Source: Candidatus Brennerbacteria bacterium RIFOXYC1_FULL_41_11 (lineage in GTDB: Bacteria; Patescibacteriota; Minisyncoccia; UBA6257; Brennerbacteraceae). From it: a stretch of DNA of 64,000 nt. A program made the position numbers and the translations under genes. Below the pieces are notes generated by a model. It was not told where the DNA came from, made no database searches, and saw nothing but the letters and a program-made list of their open reading frames with translations. The stretch lies in NCBI GenBank assembly GCA_001817215.1, contig MHHX01000019.1, positions 16,302-80,301 of the forward strand. The letters are read 5' to 3'. Of the stretch, positions 21,262-31,391 are shown in pieces (position 1 is the stretch's first letter; every line of letters begins with the position of its first letter).

Positions 21262-21447
21262 ATGGCAAAAAAATCAGTCATCGCAAGAGCTTTAAAAAAA
21301 CCGAAATTCGAATCGCGGATTGTCAGGCGTTGTTTTAAATGCGGCAGAAAGAGGGGGTACATTAGGGACTTTAATCTTTGTCGTATTTGTTTTCGTGAGA
21401 TGGCCTCGATCGGTTTAATTCCGGGCGTAAAAAAATCAAGCTGGTAG
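21262..21447 (+). CDS. rpsN: 30S ribosomal protein S14 (zinc-binding type)
   Basis: RCFKCGR...LCRICFRE...PGVKKSSW. Confidence 0.98.
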   Translation: MAKKSVIARALKKPKFESRIVRRCFKCGRKRGYIRDFNLCRICFREMASIGLIPGVKKSSW

Positions 21448-21467
21448 AATTTATTTCAGAAAATATC

Positions 21468-21848
21468 ATGGATCCAATCGCAAATATGCTAACAATAATT
21501 AGAAACGGCCAAATGGTTGGCAAGGAATCTGTCAAAATTCCGTACTCCAATTTTAAATTTGAGTTGGCCAAGCTCCTGTTAGAACTCGGGTTTTTAGGCA
21601 AGGTTGAAAAATCCGGTAAAAAAGAAAAGCGTTATCTTGACATTGATCTTACTTATGAAGGCAAGAGTCCGACAATCTCTGAAATCAAGAGGCTATCTAA
21701 GCCGAGCCGAAAAGTCTATAATCAGTGCCCTGAACTGAAATGGCCAAAAGGATCCGTATTAATTGTTTCAACATCCAAGGGGCTGATGACGGGTCAGAAA
21801 GCAAAGAGAAACAGAATCGGCGGTGAATTAATTTGTTTAGTGTCTTAA
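21468..21848 (+). CDS. rpsH: 30S ribosomal protein S8
   Basis: MDPIANMLT, STSKGLMT, GGELI. Confidence 0.98.
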   Translation: MDPIANMLTIIRNGQMVGKESVKIPYSNFKFELAKLLLELGFLGKVEKSGKKEKRYLDIDLTYEGKSPTISEIKRLSKPSRKVYNQCPELKWPKGSVLIVSTSKGLMTGQKAKRNRIGGELICLVS

Positions 21849-21863
21849 GCGTAACTGTAAGCT

Positions 21864-22406
21864 ATGTCAAAAGTCGGAAAAAAAATAATTGTTGTTCCAA
21901 GCGGCACTACTGTTCATTGGGATAATCAATCAGTATCTGTCAAGGGTCCGAACGGAGAGATGATTCAAAAACTTAATCTTTACGGTTTTACTATTATTGA
22001 AAAAGATGGTTCGTTGACAATTTCTCCTCCCGAAGTTTTGAATAAACGATCAAGGTCTCTATGGGGTACGTTTAATGCTGTTATCGCTAATATGATTTCC
22101 GGTGTCAACAAACATTTTGATAAAATCCTTGAGTTTGAAGGCGTCGGTTATCGTGCTGAGGTTTCAGGGAATGACTTGGTTTTAAATCTCGGTTTTTCCC
22201 ATCCGGTTAAGCTGTTAATTCCAGAGGGCCTTAAAATTTCAACCACGAAGAACTCAATTTCTGTTTCCGGATGCAGTAAAGAACTTGTTGGTCTTTTTGC
22301 GGCGAAAATAAGAAAGATCAGAAAGATTGAGCCGTTTAAACTTTCTGGTATTAAATATAAAGGCGAGATAGTCAAAAAGAAAGCAGGTAAGAAACTCGCC
22401 GGTTGA
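21864..22406 (+). CDS. rplF: 50S ribosomal protein L6
   Basis: GVGYRA, LGFSHPV. Confidence 0.98.
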   Translation: MSKVGKKIIVVPSGTTVHWDNQSVSVKGPNGEMIQKLNLYGFTIIEKDGSLTISPPEVLNKRSRSLWGTFNAVIANMISGVNKHFDKILEFEGVGYRAEVSGNDLVLNLGFSHPVKLLIPEGLKISTTKNSISVSGCSKELVGLFAAKIRKIRKIEPFKLSGIKYKGEIVKKKAGKKLAG

Positions 22407-22431
22407 GCTTGAGTCAGATATAATAATCAAT

Positions 22432-22788
22432 ATGCAGGATAAAAAAGAAAAAAGATTGAGAAGACATCATCGGGTCAGAGTCAAAATTGTCGGCACGAAA
22501 GATAGACTAAGACTTTCCGTGTTTCGTTCAGATAAGCACATTTTTGCCCAGCTCATTAATGATGAAGATGGAACGACGATACTGGCCGTTTCCGATAAAA
22601 ATTTGGTGTCAAAAGAGACAAAAGGTCAGACGAAGAGTGATAAATCGTTTGCTGTTGGGAAGTTACTTGCGGAAAAAGCTAGAGAGAAGGACGTTAAAAA
22701 AATCGTTTTTGATCGTGGCAGCTATGTCTATGCCGGTCGAGTGAAAAAAATAGCTGAAGGCGCTCGTGACGGCGGTTTGGAGTTTTAA
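22432..22788 (+). CDS. rplR: 50S ribosomal protein L18
   Basis: RLSVFRS, FDRGSYVYAGRV, GGLEF. Confidence 0.98.
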   Translation: MQDKKEKRLRRHHRVRVKIVGTKDRLRLSVFRSDKHIFAQLINDEDGTTILAVSDKNLVSKETKGQTKSDKSFAVGKLLAEKAREKDVKKIVFDRGSYVYAGRVKKIAEGARDGGLEF

Positions 22789-22814
22789 GGTTGTTATTAG
22801 CATCGGTAAATAAA

Positions 22815-23300
22815 ATGGCGAGAGTTACAGTATCAAAATCAAGAGATAATGAGTGGCAACAGAAATTGCTTGAGCTTCGAAGGGTTACAAGGGTTGTCGC
22901 CGGCGGTAAGCGTATGAGCTTTCGTGTGGTGATGGTTATTGGAGACCAAAAAGGCCGTGTCGGCGTCGGTGTTGCTAAGGGCAAAGATGTTGCTCGGGCG
23001 ACTGAAAAGTCGGTTTTTCAAGCGAAGAAAAATATTTTTCAGGTTCCGGTTGTTGACGGCACCATTCCTCATCAGGTTGAAGCTAAACACTCAAGCGCGC
23101 GAATTATTATCAAACCGGCTGCTAAAGGAAGGGGTCTGATTGCTGGTGGGGCCGCCAGAGTTGTTTTGTCTTTCGCCGGCATTAAAGACGCGACTACTAA
23201 AAATCTTGGACGAACAACTAATCGTTTAACCAACGCTGAGGCGACCATCAGGGCCCTGAAGAAACTTAAGATTTCATCAAAAATCATCAAGCAACAATAA
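22815..23300 (+). CDS. rpsE: 30S ribosomal protein S5
   Basis: RRVTRVVAGGKR, GLIAGG; ATG at 22815. Confidence 0.98.
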   Translation: MARVTVSKSRDNEWQQKLLELRRVTRVVAGGKRMSFRVVMVIGDQKGRVGVGVAKGKDVARATEKSVFQAKKNIFQVPVVDGTIPHQVEAKHSSARIIIKPAAKGRGLIAGGAARVVLSFAGIKDATTKNLGRTTNRLTNAEATIRALKKLKISSKIIKQQ

Positions 23301-23307
23301 AAATTTT

Positions 23308-23757
23308 ATGCAGATTCATCAAATGAAACCCGTTCATTCTTTGAAAGATAAGAGGAGAATTGGTCGCGGTGGAAAACGCGGAACTTATTCTGGAAAAGGT
23401 CAGAAGGGTCAGAAATCAAGAGCTGGGGCGAAGATTCGTTCAGAACTACGCGAGGCGATTCTGAAGATTCCGAAGAAACGGGGTATAAAATTTAAAAATA
23501 GTCCTAAAAAAATTAAACCGGCCATTGTGGTTGTCAGTCTTCAAGTTCTTGAAAGAACTTTTAAGAATGGCGATGCCGTTAACCTGAAAATTTTGTTATC
23601 TCGTGGGCTGATAAAAGCCGCTTCTGGTCGGGTTCCGGCTGTGAAAATTCTGGCTGGTAGCGGAAGTTTCTCCAAAAAAATTTATCTTTCAACTCTTGAG
23701 GTTTCTCAGAGAGCGAAAGAGCTAATTGAAAAAGCCGGCGGTAAAGTTAGAGTATGA
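23308..23757 (+). CDS. rplO: 50S ribosomal protein L15
   Basis: RIGRGGKRGTYSGKGQKGQKSR; directly follows S5 with no L30. Confidence 0.97.
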   Translation: MQIHQMKPVHSLKDKRRIGRGGKRGTYSGKGQKGQKSRAGAKIRSELREAILKIPKKRGIKFKNSPKKIKPAIVVVSLQVLERTFKNGDAVNLKILLSRGLIKAASGRVPAVKILAGSGSFSKKIYLSTLEVSQRAKELIEKAGGKVRV

Positions 23758-25031
23758 GTTTTATCCAGACAATTTCACAAATTTCCAGAGATAAAGATCT
23801 GCGAAAAAAGATTTTGATTATCTTGGGGATTCTGGTTATCTCAAGATTTTTTGCTGCTTTGCCTATTCCCGGGACTGATCCGGAGACTTTGAAATCATTT
23901 TTTGCCCAGAATCAGTATCTCGGTTTGGTCAACATTTTTTCCGGAGGAGCCATGGCTAATTTTTCTATTGCCATGCTCGGTATTGGTCCCTACATTACTG
24001 CTTCGATTATCCTTCAGCTTCTGACTATGATTTTTCCGGCCATGAAAGAAATGTACTACGAGCAAGGAGAGCTTGGCCGAGCAAAGTTCGTCAGGTATAC
24101 CAGAATCATGACCGTGTTCTTGGCTTTCTTTCAGGGTTTTGCCTTTTTGAATCTTTTGAAAAAACAAGGTGTGGTCGGGACCCTTGATCCATTTGAACTT
24201 TTTCGAAATATTATTCTTGTTACTGCCGGGTCAATTATTTTTATGTGGCTCGGTGAATTGATCTCCGAACAAAAAATCGGTTCTGGGAGTTCTTTGATAA
24301 TTTTTGCCGGTATTATTACCGGTTTGCCCACATCTTTACGAAACAATATCTTGACCTTTGACTATTCAAGAGTTCCTTCTTACTTAATCTTCATCGCTTT
24401 AGGTTTGATCACGATTCTTGGCGTGATTTATATTAACGAGTCAGAACGTCGTGTGCCAATTAATTACGCAAAAAGGGTAAGGGGGATGAAGGTTTTCGGA
24501 GGACAAAACACTTACTTGCCGCTAAAGGTCAATCAGGCTGGTGTGATACCGATTATCTTTGCGATCTCTCTTTTGCTTTTTCCTGGGTTAATCGGGCAGA
24601 TATTATCTTTGAGCAAAAACGCTTTTTTGGCGAATGTCGGTGCTGGCCTTAGCGGTTTTCTCAATAATCAGTTGGCGTATGGTATCAGTTATTTTATTTT
24701 TGTGTTTGCTTTTACTTATTTTTATACATTGATCACTTTTGATCCCAAGGAGATTTCGAAAAACCTCCAACGTCAGGGTGGATTTGTTCCTGGCATCAGA
24801 CCGGGGCAGAATACAGCTGATCATTTGTCAAAGATTCTTTTTCGGATCACGTTTCTTGGAGCTATGTTTTTGGGTGTTATCGCGGTTCTGCCTTTGGGGG
24901 TTCAGGCGATTACCGGTATTTCTTCTCTGACTTTAGGCGGCACTTCTTTACTGATTGTTGTTTCTGTGGCTTTAGAAACAATGCGGCAGTTCAGGGCCCA
25001 GATGGTGATGAGGGACTACGAGACGTTTTAG
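23754..25031 (+). CDS. secY: Preprotein translocase subunit SecY
   Basis: LGIGPYITASII, AGVIPIIFA, PGIRPG, GGTSLLIVV. Confidence 0.99.
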   Translation: MSFIQTISQISRDKDLRKKILIILGILVISRFFAALPIPGTDPETLKSFFAQNQYLGLVNIFSGGAMANFSIAMLGIGPYITASIILQLLTMIFPAMKEMYYEQGELGRAKFVRYTRIMTVFLAFFQGFAFLNLLKKQGVVGTLDPFELFRNIILVTAGSIIFMWLGELISEQKIGSGSSLIIFAGIITGLPTSLRNNILTFDYSRVPSYLIFIALGLITILGVIYINESERRVPINYAKRVRGMKVFGGQNTYLPLKVNQAGVIPIIFAISLLLFPGLIGQILSLSKNAFLANVGAGLSGFLNNQLAYGISYFIFVFAFTYFYTLITFDPKEISKNLQRQGGFVPGIRPGQNTADHLSKILFRITFLGAMFLGVIAVLPLGVQAITGISSLTLGGTSLLIVVSVALETMRQFRAQMVMRDYETF

Positions 25032-25068
25032 TGAATACAAACGTCTTATTTCTTCGCAAAAAATACAC

Positions 25069-25101
25069 CAAAACACGTCCCGCTAAGCGGGACGTGTTTT
25101 G
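25069..25101. terminator. Bidirectional terminator-like palindrome (TCCCGC..GCGGGA family)
   Basis: CAAAACACGTCCCGC-TAA-GCGGGACGTGTTTTG. Confidence 0.75.
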
Positions 25102-25126
25102 ACACAGCAAGGATATTTTTCGTAAT

Positions 25127-25528
25127 TTATTTTTCGTCGATAAGATCATCAATTTTCTCTGTCATGAAATCAAGAGCTTTTTTCATTTTCTCTAAATCCG
25201 TCCCCTTTGTTTTTATTTCTTCCTCTAATTGTCTGGTTTCCTGAATAAGTTCAACTGCTGTTCTGAAACTTAATCTCCCCGGGTCTGGCGAGACAGTGCT
25301 TATCAATTCCGGAATTAATTTATCATCTAGATCATCCAATGCCTCAGAACCAATATTTTCCCTTTCTTTTTCTAACCCGAGCCTCCACTCAGTCAGTTCC
25401 TCAATAAGGTTCTGATTACTTTCTTTTAATATTGCACCAAGACCTATCTGGGCCCATTCGATAGATGCAACCCTCGATCTTATTTCTTCAGCTATTGCGT
25501 GAAACTGTCTTAGTTTTGGTTCGGTCAT
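25127..25528 (-). CDS. Hypothetical acidic helical protein inserted between secY and adk
   Basis: 133-aa ORF converging on a terminator. Confidence 0.6.
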   Translation of the reverse strand: MTEPKLRQFHAIAEEIRSRVASIEWAQIGLGAILKESNQNLIEELTEWRLGLEKERENIGSEALDDLDDKLIPELISTVSPDPGRLSFRTAVELIQETRQLEEEIKTKGTDLEKMKKALDFMTEKIDDLIDEK

Positions 25529-25625
25529 ATTTGTGTTTAATTTTCTGTATTCTCCCTCTCTTTTAAGTGATTGTCAAATTTGATTCCGCGATTTAAACGT
25601 GCTTTAATTATAAACGGAGGCTAGA

Positions 25626-25805
25626 ATGGAATTACAAAAGTTCTTAAGAGGCACAGTGATGATCTTCGCAAGTTTGTTTCTTGCCGGGTTCGTAATTTTT
25701 TTTCTGATGTTTGCACGCGAATCGGAATTAGTGTGGCTCGCCCCGGCGTTCATGACTTTCGTGTTGGGTGGTATATTAACCTATGTTTATCTGCCCTCTT
25801 CGTGA
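25626..25805 (+). CDS. Small 2-TM membrane protein (59 aa, not in ORF track)
   Basis: GGAGG SD at 25616-25620; MELQKFLRGTVMIFASLFLAGFVIFFLMFARESELVWLAPAFMTFVLGGILTYVYLPSS. Confidence 0.55.
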   Translation: MELQKFLRGTVMIFASLFLAGFVIFFLMFARESELVWLAPAFMTFVLGGILTYVYLPSS

Positions 25806-25931
25806 AGTTCGTGAACTAAGCGAATTTCCATCACGCGTACAAGTCGGCACAATGTGTCGACTTTCGTTTTTATCAAACAAAGATTTTTGATATAATTTGA
25901 TAGCTATTCTTAATTTGAAAATTTGATTATT

Positions 25932-26606
25932 ATGTCTAAATTTCACGTTTTTTGTATTATTGGCAAGTCGGGGTCGGGCAAGGGGACCCAAGTTGAGCTT
26001 TTAAAGAAAAAACTTGGAAAAACCAAGCATATTATTAACGGAGATCTTTTTCGTGCTTTTATTAAATTGGACAATCTTTTATCGAAAAAGACAAAAAAAG
26101 TGGTTAATAGCGGTGGGTTGCCACCGGCATGGCTTTCAGCATATCTTTGGCAAACCGAGTTCTTGAAACCAATTTCTGCTGGCACAAAGGCAGCTATTTT
26201 TGAGGGCACGCCAAGAAGAATTTGGGAGGCCGATATTCTAGATGATGTTTCTGACTATCTTTTTGATCAGAGATCTGTGGCAATTTATATTGATATTTCC
26301 GATAAAGAAGCCAAGCAAAGGTTGCTGATAAGGCTGGTTTGCAAGAAGTGCAAACAACCCGTTCCGTATAAATTAATAAAACTGAATCCGAAAAAATGCA
26401 GTTTTTGCGGAGGGGGAATAGAGAAGAGAAAAGATGACGATGAACAAGCAATTTTAAAGCGATTAACCTGGTTCAAAACTGATGTTCTGCCGACGGTTGA
26501 GTATTATAAGAAAAAAGGTCGTTTAGTTCATGTCAACGGCGAGCAAGATGTGCCCTTGGTGTTTAAAGAACTGTGGTCTAAATTATCGAAAAGATTAAAA
26601 TCCTAA
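25932..26606 (+). CDS. adk: Adenylate kinase (zinc-lid type)
   Basis: GKSGSGKGTQ, EGTPR, CKKC..CSFC lid, RKDD; synteny. Confidence 0.9.
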   Translation: MSKFHVFCIIGKSGSGKGTQVELLKKKLGKTKHIINGDLFRAFIKLDNLLSKKTKKVVNSGGLPPAWLSAYLWQTEFLKPISAGTKAAIFEGTPRRIWEADILDDVSDYLFDQRSVAIYIDISDKEAKQRLLIRLVCKKCKQPVPYKLIKLNPKKCSFCGGGIEKRKDDDEQAILKRLTWFKTDVLPTVEYYKKKGRLVHVNGEQDVPLVFKELWSKLSKRLKS

Positions 26607-26647
26607 ACTAGCACATTCGTATTGATTTGTGATTTGCAGGATGAGTC

Positions 26648-27418
26648 ATGGCTATCACGATTAAAACTGAAAAAGAGATCGAGCTGCTTAAGGCCGGGGG
26701 GAAACGCCTGGCTTTAATTCTTGATGAGCTGGCCAAGATGTGTATCACCGGGGTTTCTGGTGACGAGCTTGATAAGCGCGCGGGATATCTAATGGAAAAA
26801 TACAGTTCGCGTTCTGCGTTTTTCAGATATCGGCCGGCTCCGGATTCAAAACCATTTCCGGCGAACATTTGTTTATCCGTTAATCATGTGGCTGTGCACG
26901 GTATTCCTTCAAAGAAAATTATTTTACGCGAAGGTGATGTGGTTAAGGTTGATGCTGGTTTAATTTATGGCGGCATGATTGTTGATTCTGCCGTGACGGT
27001 TGTTGTCGGTAATACCACCGCGAAAGTCAGAAGATTAATTAAAACAACTAAAAAAGCATTGGATCAGGCGATTAAACAGTGTTTGCCCGGGAAAACAATC
27101 GGCGATATTGGTTTTGTGGTTGAAGCGACCGCCAAAAAAAACGGGGTTTTTGTTGTCAAGGATTTGGCTGGACATGGTGTCGGTTACGATGTTCATGAAG
27201 ATCCTTTTGTCATGAATTTTGGCAGAAAAAATTCAGGCGAAAAATTGCGCTCGGGTATGGTTTTGGCATTGGAACCGATTTTGTCTTTGGGGTCAAGCGA
27301 GTCGGTTGAACTTGAAGACGGGAGCATTGCCACTATTGACGGTTCAATCTCGGCGCAGTTTGAGCATACCGTGGTGATTACAGAAAATAAACCGCTCGTG
27401 GTGACGAGATTGGATTAG
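26648..27418 (+). CDS. map: Methionine aminopeptidase type I
   Basis: VHGIP, GHGVG..HEDP, LEP, SAQFEHT. Confidence 0.97.
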   Translation: MAITIKTEKEIELLKAGGKRLALILDELAKMCITGVSGDELDKRAGYLMEKYSSRSAFFRYRPAPDSKPFPANICLSVNHVAVHGIPSKKIILREGDVVKVDAGLIYGGMIVDSAVTVVVGNTTAKVRRLIKTTKKALDQAIKQCLPGKTIGDIGFVVEATAKKNGVFVVKDLAGHGVGYDVHEDPFVMNFGRKNSGEKLRSGMVLALEPILSLGSSESVELEDGSIATIDGSISAQFEHTVVITENKPLVVTRLD

Positions 27419-27776
27419 AATAATTTATTTTTCTATATAGCTTCAAGATTGGAGAATAATAGTCGCTTTGCTTCATTAAAATACACGCGGTGCCTGTCAC
27501 AAAATCTCCTACCGCTATTTTAGTTCGCAAAGCTTTTTTATTTTCACAATCTTTCCGCGAATATTTCAAAACAGATTGTTCTAATCTCGAGTAATTGCTT
27601 GGTGCTGGACCAGGACAGATTCTTGATTTTTATGATAAAGTGTGTTATAATATAGGTATCAGAAGCTAGGCTTCTAGCTTCGAAACCAGCTTTACGGGTT
27701 CAAGCAAACCCGTTGCAGCGCGAGACTTACATCTCAATCTCGCGTCAAGTCCTCAAAAAAAAGAAAGGAGGATGAG

Positions 27777-27977
27777 ATGAAAACATTACCAGACGCCATG
27801 TTCATCATCGGCCAGCTCTGGCTGGTAGATGATGACAAAATTGCTTTTGTCATCCGGCTCATTTCTGCCGGGAATGATTTAAAAGCAATTGAGGGGATTA
27901 TCCGTGAAGCCAGGAAGCTTTCGCGGATCCAGGCTAGTAACCTGGATGCTGTTGAGAATTTTAAGGTGGGTAGATAG
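27777..27977 (+). CDS. Small hypothetical protein (66 aa)
   Basis: Strong AAAGGAGG SD; TGTTATAAT promoter about 130 bp upstream; structured leader. Confidence 0.55.
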   Translation: MKTLPDAMFIIGQLWLVDDDKIAFVIRLISAGNDLKAIEGIIREARKLSRIQASNLDAVENFKVGR

Positions 27978-28325
27978 ATTCTGTAGTCGTGTAGCTCAGC
28001 GACTTTAAAAAATTACGAGTGGAGGGTAATAAGGGTGTGCCTTTATCCAGAGTCTCGGGCTGTTATTTCGCCCCGAGCTTAGCACACTTACCCAAGTTAT
28101 ATGGATATCATATTTTCATTTGTTCGTAGCCGGATGGTTGCGAACAAACAGCGGTCTCGTGTCAAATGGTGCGAGATTTTGCGTTTTAATGCGATTTTCA
28201 TCTGATTTTTATTGATCTTATCGTCAACTATCTTTGCGATCGCGAAGATAGTTGACGCTTAGGTTTTTGTTATAATTAATCTGTATCCTGATCTGTATTT
28301 AGTTTTTGACTTTTAATTTTTGGTT

Positions 28326-28724
28326 ATGAATTTATTGGCTGTTGATTTTGGCGAAAAAAACATCGGTTTGGCTTTTTGTGATACAGAAATAAAATTGCCA
28401 TTAAGTCTTGAATCATTGCGAGTTGAGACAGAAGAGCAGGCTTTGCAAGAAATCAGTGAGACGATAAAATCAAGAAATATTGAATTGGCGGTTTTTGGTT
28501 TGCCGTTGAACTTTGAGTTTAAAGAAACAAAGCAGTCTCAAAAAACCAGGGATTTTGCGGCAAAACTTGAAGAAAAACTCGGTGTGAAAATATATTTTAT
28601 TAATGAAGTCTTGAGTTCACTTTTGGCTTCGCGCTTGAAAGAATCAAGTAAAAATACACATTCATCGAGCGCGCTGCTTCTTTTGGAAGATTACTTGGAT
28701 AAGTTAGAAGAACAGGCTAAATAA
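28326..28724 (+). CDS. ruvX: YqgF/RuvX family nuclease (pre-16S rRNA maturation)
   Basis: LAVDFGEKNIGLA, VFGLP, INEVLSS. Confidence 0.88.
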   Translation: MNLLAVDFGEKNIGLAFCDTEIKLPLSLESLRVETEEQALQEISETIKSRNIELAVFGLPLNFEFKETKQSQKTRDFAAKLEEKLGVKIYFINEVLSSLLASRLKESSKNTHSSSALLLLEDYLDKLEEQAK

Positions 28725-28800
28725 TTGTTTTTAAGTTTCTCATCTCGGTTTTTTTACTTTTAACTCTTTTCTTTAAATTATAATCTTTGAGCCTTAGCTT

Positions 28801-29562
28801 ATGAACCATCCTTTCCTCTCTGTCATTATTCCCGCTTATAATGAAGAAAAATCTTTGCCTGGCACATTGAGATCGGTTTTTAGTTATTTAGGTAAACAAT
28901 CGTATTCTTGGGAGGTGCTTGTTGTTAATGATGGCTCAGAAGATCGCACCAAAGACTTGGCTTTGGAATTTCAAAAATCGTTTCCAGAACTTAGGTTGAT
29001 AGAGAACTTCAAAAATCGCGGCAAGGGCTTTGCCGTAAAAAATGGCGTTTTGCATTCTAAAGGAGATTTGGTTTTGTTCATGGATGCTGATAATTCAACG
29101 AAGATCAATGAGATTGAAAAAGCCTTACCCCTGCTTCGGGGTGATATTACTTCGGTTTTGCCGGGTCAAAACCCGTTGCTGCATTCAGAACAGTTTGATG
29201 TAATCATGGGTTCGCGCAGACTTAAAGATTCTTTGATTGTTGAAAGTCAACCTCGGCACCGTCGGTTTTTAGGTGAGTTCTTTAGGGTTTTTACAAAAAT
29301 TCTTCTTGATTTACCCTATGACGACACCCAGGCTGGATTCAAGATTTTCAATCAAAGAGCGAGAAGGATTTTTGATTTGCAAACTCTCTCGGGATTTAGC
29401 TTTGATGCCGAGCTCTTATTTTTGGCAAAAAAAATCGGCCTTAGAGTTAAAGAGATTCCCATTCAATGGGAAAATAATGCGAGTTCTCATGTTAGTTTCA
29501 AGAAGATGGCCCATGCCCTAGCTGAGTTGTTGAAGATTAGGTTTAAAAGGTATCCGATGTAG
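28801..29562 (+). CDS. GT2 glycosyltransferase (dolichyl-phosphate glucosyltransferase-like)
   Basis: SVIIPAYNEE, VNDGSEDRT, NRGKG, FMDAD, DTQAGFK. Confidence 0.92.
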   Translation: MNHPFLSVIIPAYNEEKSLPGTLRSVFSYLGKQSYSWEVLVVNDGSEDRTKDLALEFQKSFPELRLIENFKNRGKGFAVKNGVLHSKGDLVLFMDADNSTKINEIEKALPLLRGDITSVLPGQNPLLHSEQFDVIMGSRRLKDSLIVESQPRHRRFLGEFFRVFTKILLDLPYDDTQAGFKIFNQRARRIFDLQTLSGFSFDAELLFLAKKIGLRVKEIPIQWENNASSHVSFKKMAHALAELLKIRFKRYPM

Positions 29563-29588
29563 TCTGGCTGAACTTGGTATAATATACT

Positions 29589-30377
29589 ATGGCAAAAATC
29601 TTAGCTTTTAACTGGAAGCTTAACCCGCAAGATAAAAAATTAGCAGATCAGCTTTTTTCTGTTTACGAAAAACAAGCTAAAAATCGGAAAAATTCACGAG
29701 TTATTGTTTGCCCTCCCCTTGAGTTTTTGTTTGGGTTAAGTCAATACCAGTCGCTTGCGAAAAGCCACCACCTTGATTTTGGGGCTCAAGATTGTTTTTG
29801 GGAGAATCTCGGTCCTTTCACCGGTGAGATTTCGGCCTTGAATTTAAAGCAAACCGGTGTCGATTATGTCATCCTTGGGCATTCAGAGCGTCGTATTCAC
29901 CTTGGCGAGACAGATGAGATGATCAATAAAAAAATCATCAACGCGATTGGTTCAGGATTAAAACCAATTTTGTGTATTGGTGAAGGTTTCAAAATTCACG
30001 AAAAAGGCGAAGAAACAGCTAAAAAGTTCTTGAAAAAGCAGCTTGAAGTAAGCCTGAAAAACGTCTCCTCACTTTCAGTTTCCCAGAAAAATCAGTTGAC
30101 TATTACTTATGAACCAATCTGGACTATTAGTAATAACTCCGGAAATGTTGCGGACAATCCTTCCGATGCCGCAGCCATGATTAAGTATTTGAAAGAAATT
30201 CTCGCCATTCGATACTCATTATTGAATATTAAAGTTTTATACGGTGGATCTGTAAACAGTAAGAATGTTGCCGGATTTTTGTCATATAATATTATTGACG
30301 GTTTTTTGATTGGTCGAGCGTCTCTGGATAAAGAAGAAATTAAGAAGATTATTGATGAGACGGAAAAGAGAGGATAG
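29589..30377 (+). CDS. tpiA: Triosephosphate isomerase
   Basis: NWK, GHSERR, YEPIW, LYGGSV. Confidence 0.96.
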   Translation: MAKILAFNWKLNPQDKKLADQLFSVYEKQAKNRKNSRVIVCPPLEFLFGLSQYQSLAKSHHLDFGAQDCFWENLGPFTGEISALNLKQTGVDYVILGHSERRIHLGETDEMINKKIINAIGSGLKPILCIGEGFKIHEKGEETAKKFLKKQLEVSLKNVSSLSVSQKNQLTITYEPIWTISNNSGNVADNPSDAAAMIKYLKEILAIRYSLLNIKVLYGGSVNSKNVAGFLSYNIIDGFLIGRASLDKEEIKKIIDETEKRG

Positions 30378-30458
30378 AATATTAAATATAAATTAATTAA
30401 CCTCAAACCAGCTTTTGTAAGTTTTGATTTTATTGAGCCAGGTGAGGATAAAAATAAA

Positions 30459-31238
30459 ATGAATACAGAAAAAATCAAAGGTATTTTACTTGCGGCCTTG
30501 GCCACGTCTCTAGTCGTGGCGACAGTTCTCGGTTCGGCAGTTGTGTTAAAACAGCTTGGTGTTTTGAAGCAGCCGACAGTGATTACAATTTCCGGATCGG
30601 GCAAGGAGTCTTATACGCCCGATAAGGCAGAGATTACTTTGTCAGTGATCACCAAGGATAAGGATTCTGGCGTGGCTCAGTCGAAGAATGACGAGAAGAT
30701 GGCAAAGATTGTTAACTATCTTAAAGATTCTGGAGTAAAAGAAGAGGATATACAAACAACTTCTTATAATCTTTACCCGGAATATGAGCAAGGCAAGGGT
30801 TTGGAGCCGTCTTCTCCCGAATACTATTATCCGAATACTTTTAAGATTATTGGCTACACTCTTGATCAGGGTCTGAGCTTTAAAATTAAGGATCTTTCAA
30901 AAGTCGGGACGATCATAGGCGGTTTGTCTGACAAGGGTATTAGCCAGATCGGCGGAGTCTACTTTTCTCTTTCCGATGAAAAGATGGAAGAGTTGAAAAC
31001 AAAGGCTAAAGAAAAAGCCGTAGCCAAGGCTCAGATCGAGCTGGAGAAAACCAAAAATCTTTATGGTTTTAAAAAATCAAAGTTAATAAGTATCAATGAT
31101 TATCCGGTTTATCCCATGCCGATCTATCGTGGCGTTGATGACTTGAAAGTTAGTAGCACGCCTGCCAATGAAGCTTCGATTCAGGTTGGCGAAGGAGAGC
31201 TCGAGGTTCAAGTGAGCTTGGTATATGAGCTTCGATAA
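30459..31238 (+). CDS. SIMPL (DUF541) domain protein
   Basis: N-terminal TM; ISGSG...PDKAEI, DIQTTSYNLYPEY, GEGELEVQVSLVYEL. Confidence 0.88.
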   Translation: MNTEKIKGILLAALATSLVVATVLGSAVVLKQLGVLKQPTVITISGSGKESYTPDKAEITLSVITKDKDSGVAQSKNDEKMAKIVNYLKDSGVKEEDIQTTSYNLYPEYEQGKGLEPSSPEYYYPNTFKIIGYTLDQGLSFKIKDLSKVGTIIGGLSDKGISQIGGVYFSLSDEKMEELKTKAKEKAVAKAQIELEKTKNLYGFKKSKLISINDYPVYPMPIYRGVDDLKVSSTPANEASIQVGEGELEVQVSLVYELR

Positions 31239-31344
31239 AATTATCGAAGCGGAATCCTGAGCCTGTTGAAGGGCAAGTTAAAGTAATTTATTTAAATTAC
31301 TTTAATGAAGCCATGTTTAGTCCGGTGAATGTCTATTAAAATGC

Positions 31345-31383
31345 ATAGCAAAACATCTCTTCCAAGAGATGTTTTGCTATAAT
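31345..31383 (+). promoter_or_regulatory. Perfect 17-bp hairpin whose right arm runs into an extended -10 (TGCTATAAT) upstream of pgk
   Basis: ATAGCAAAACATCTCTT-CC-AAGAGATGTTTTGCTAT-AAT. Confidence 0.6.
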
Positions 31384-31391
31384 AAAGTCAA

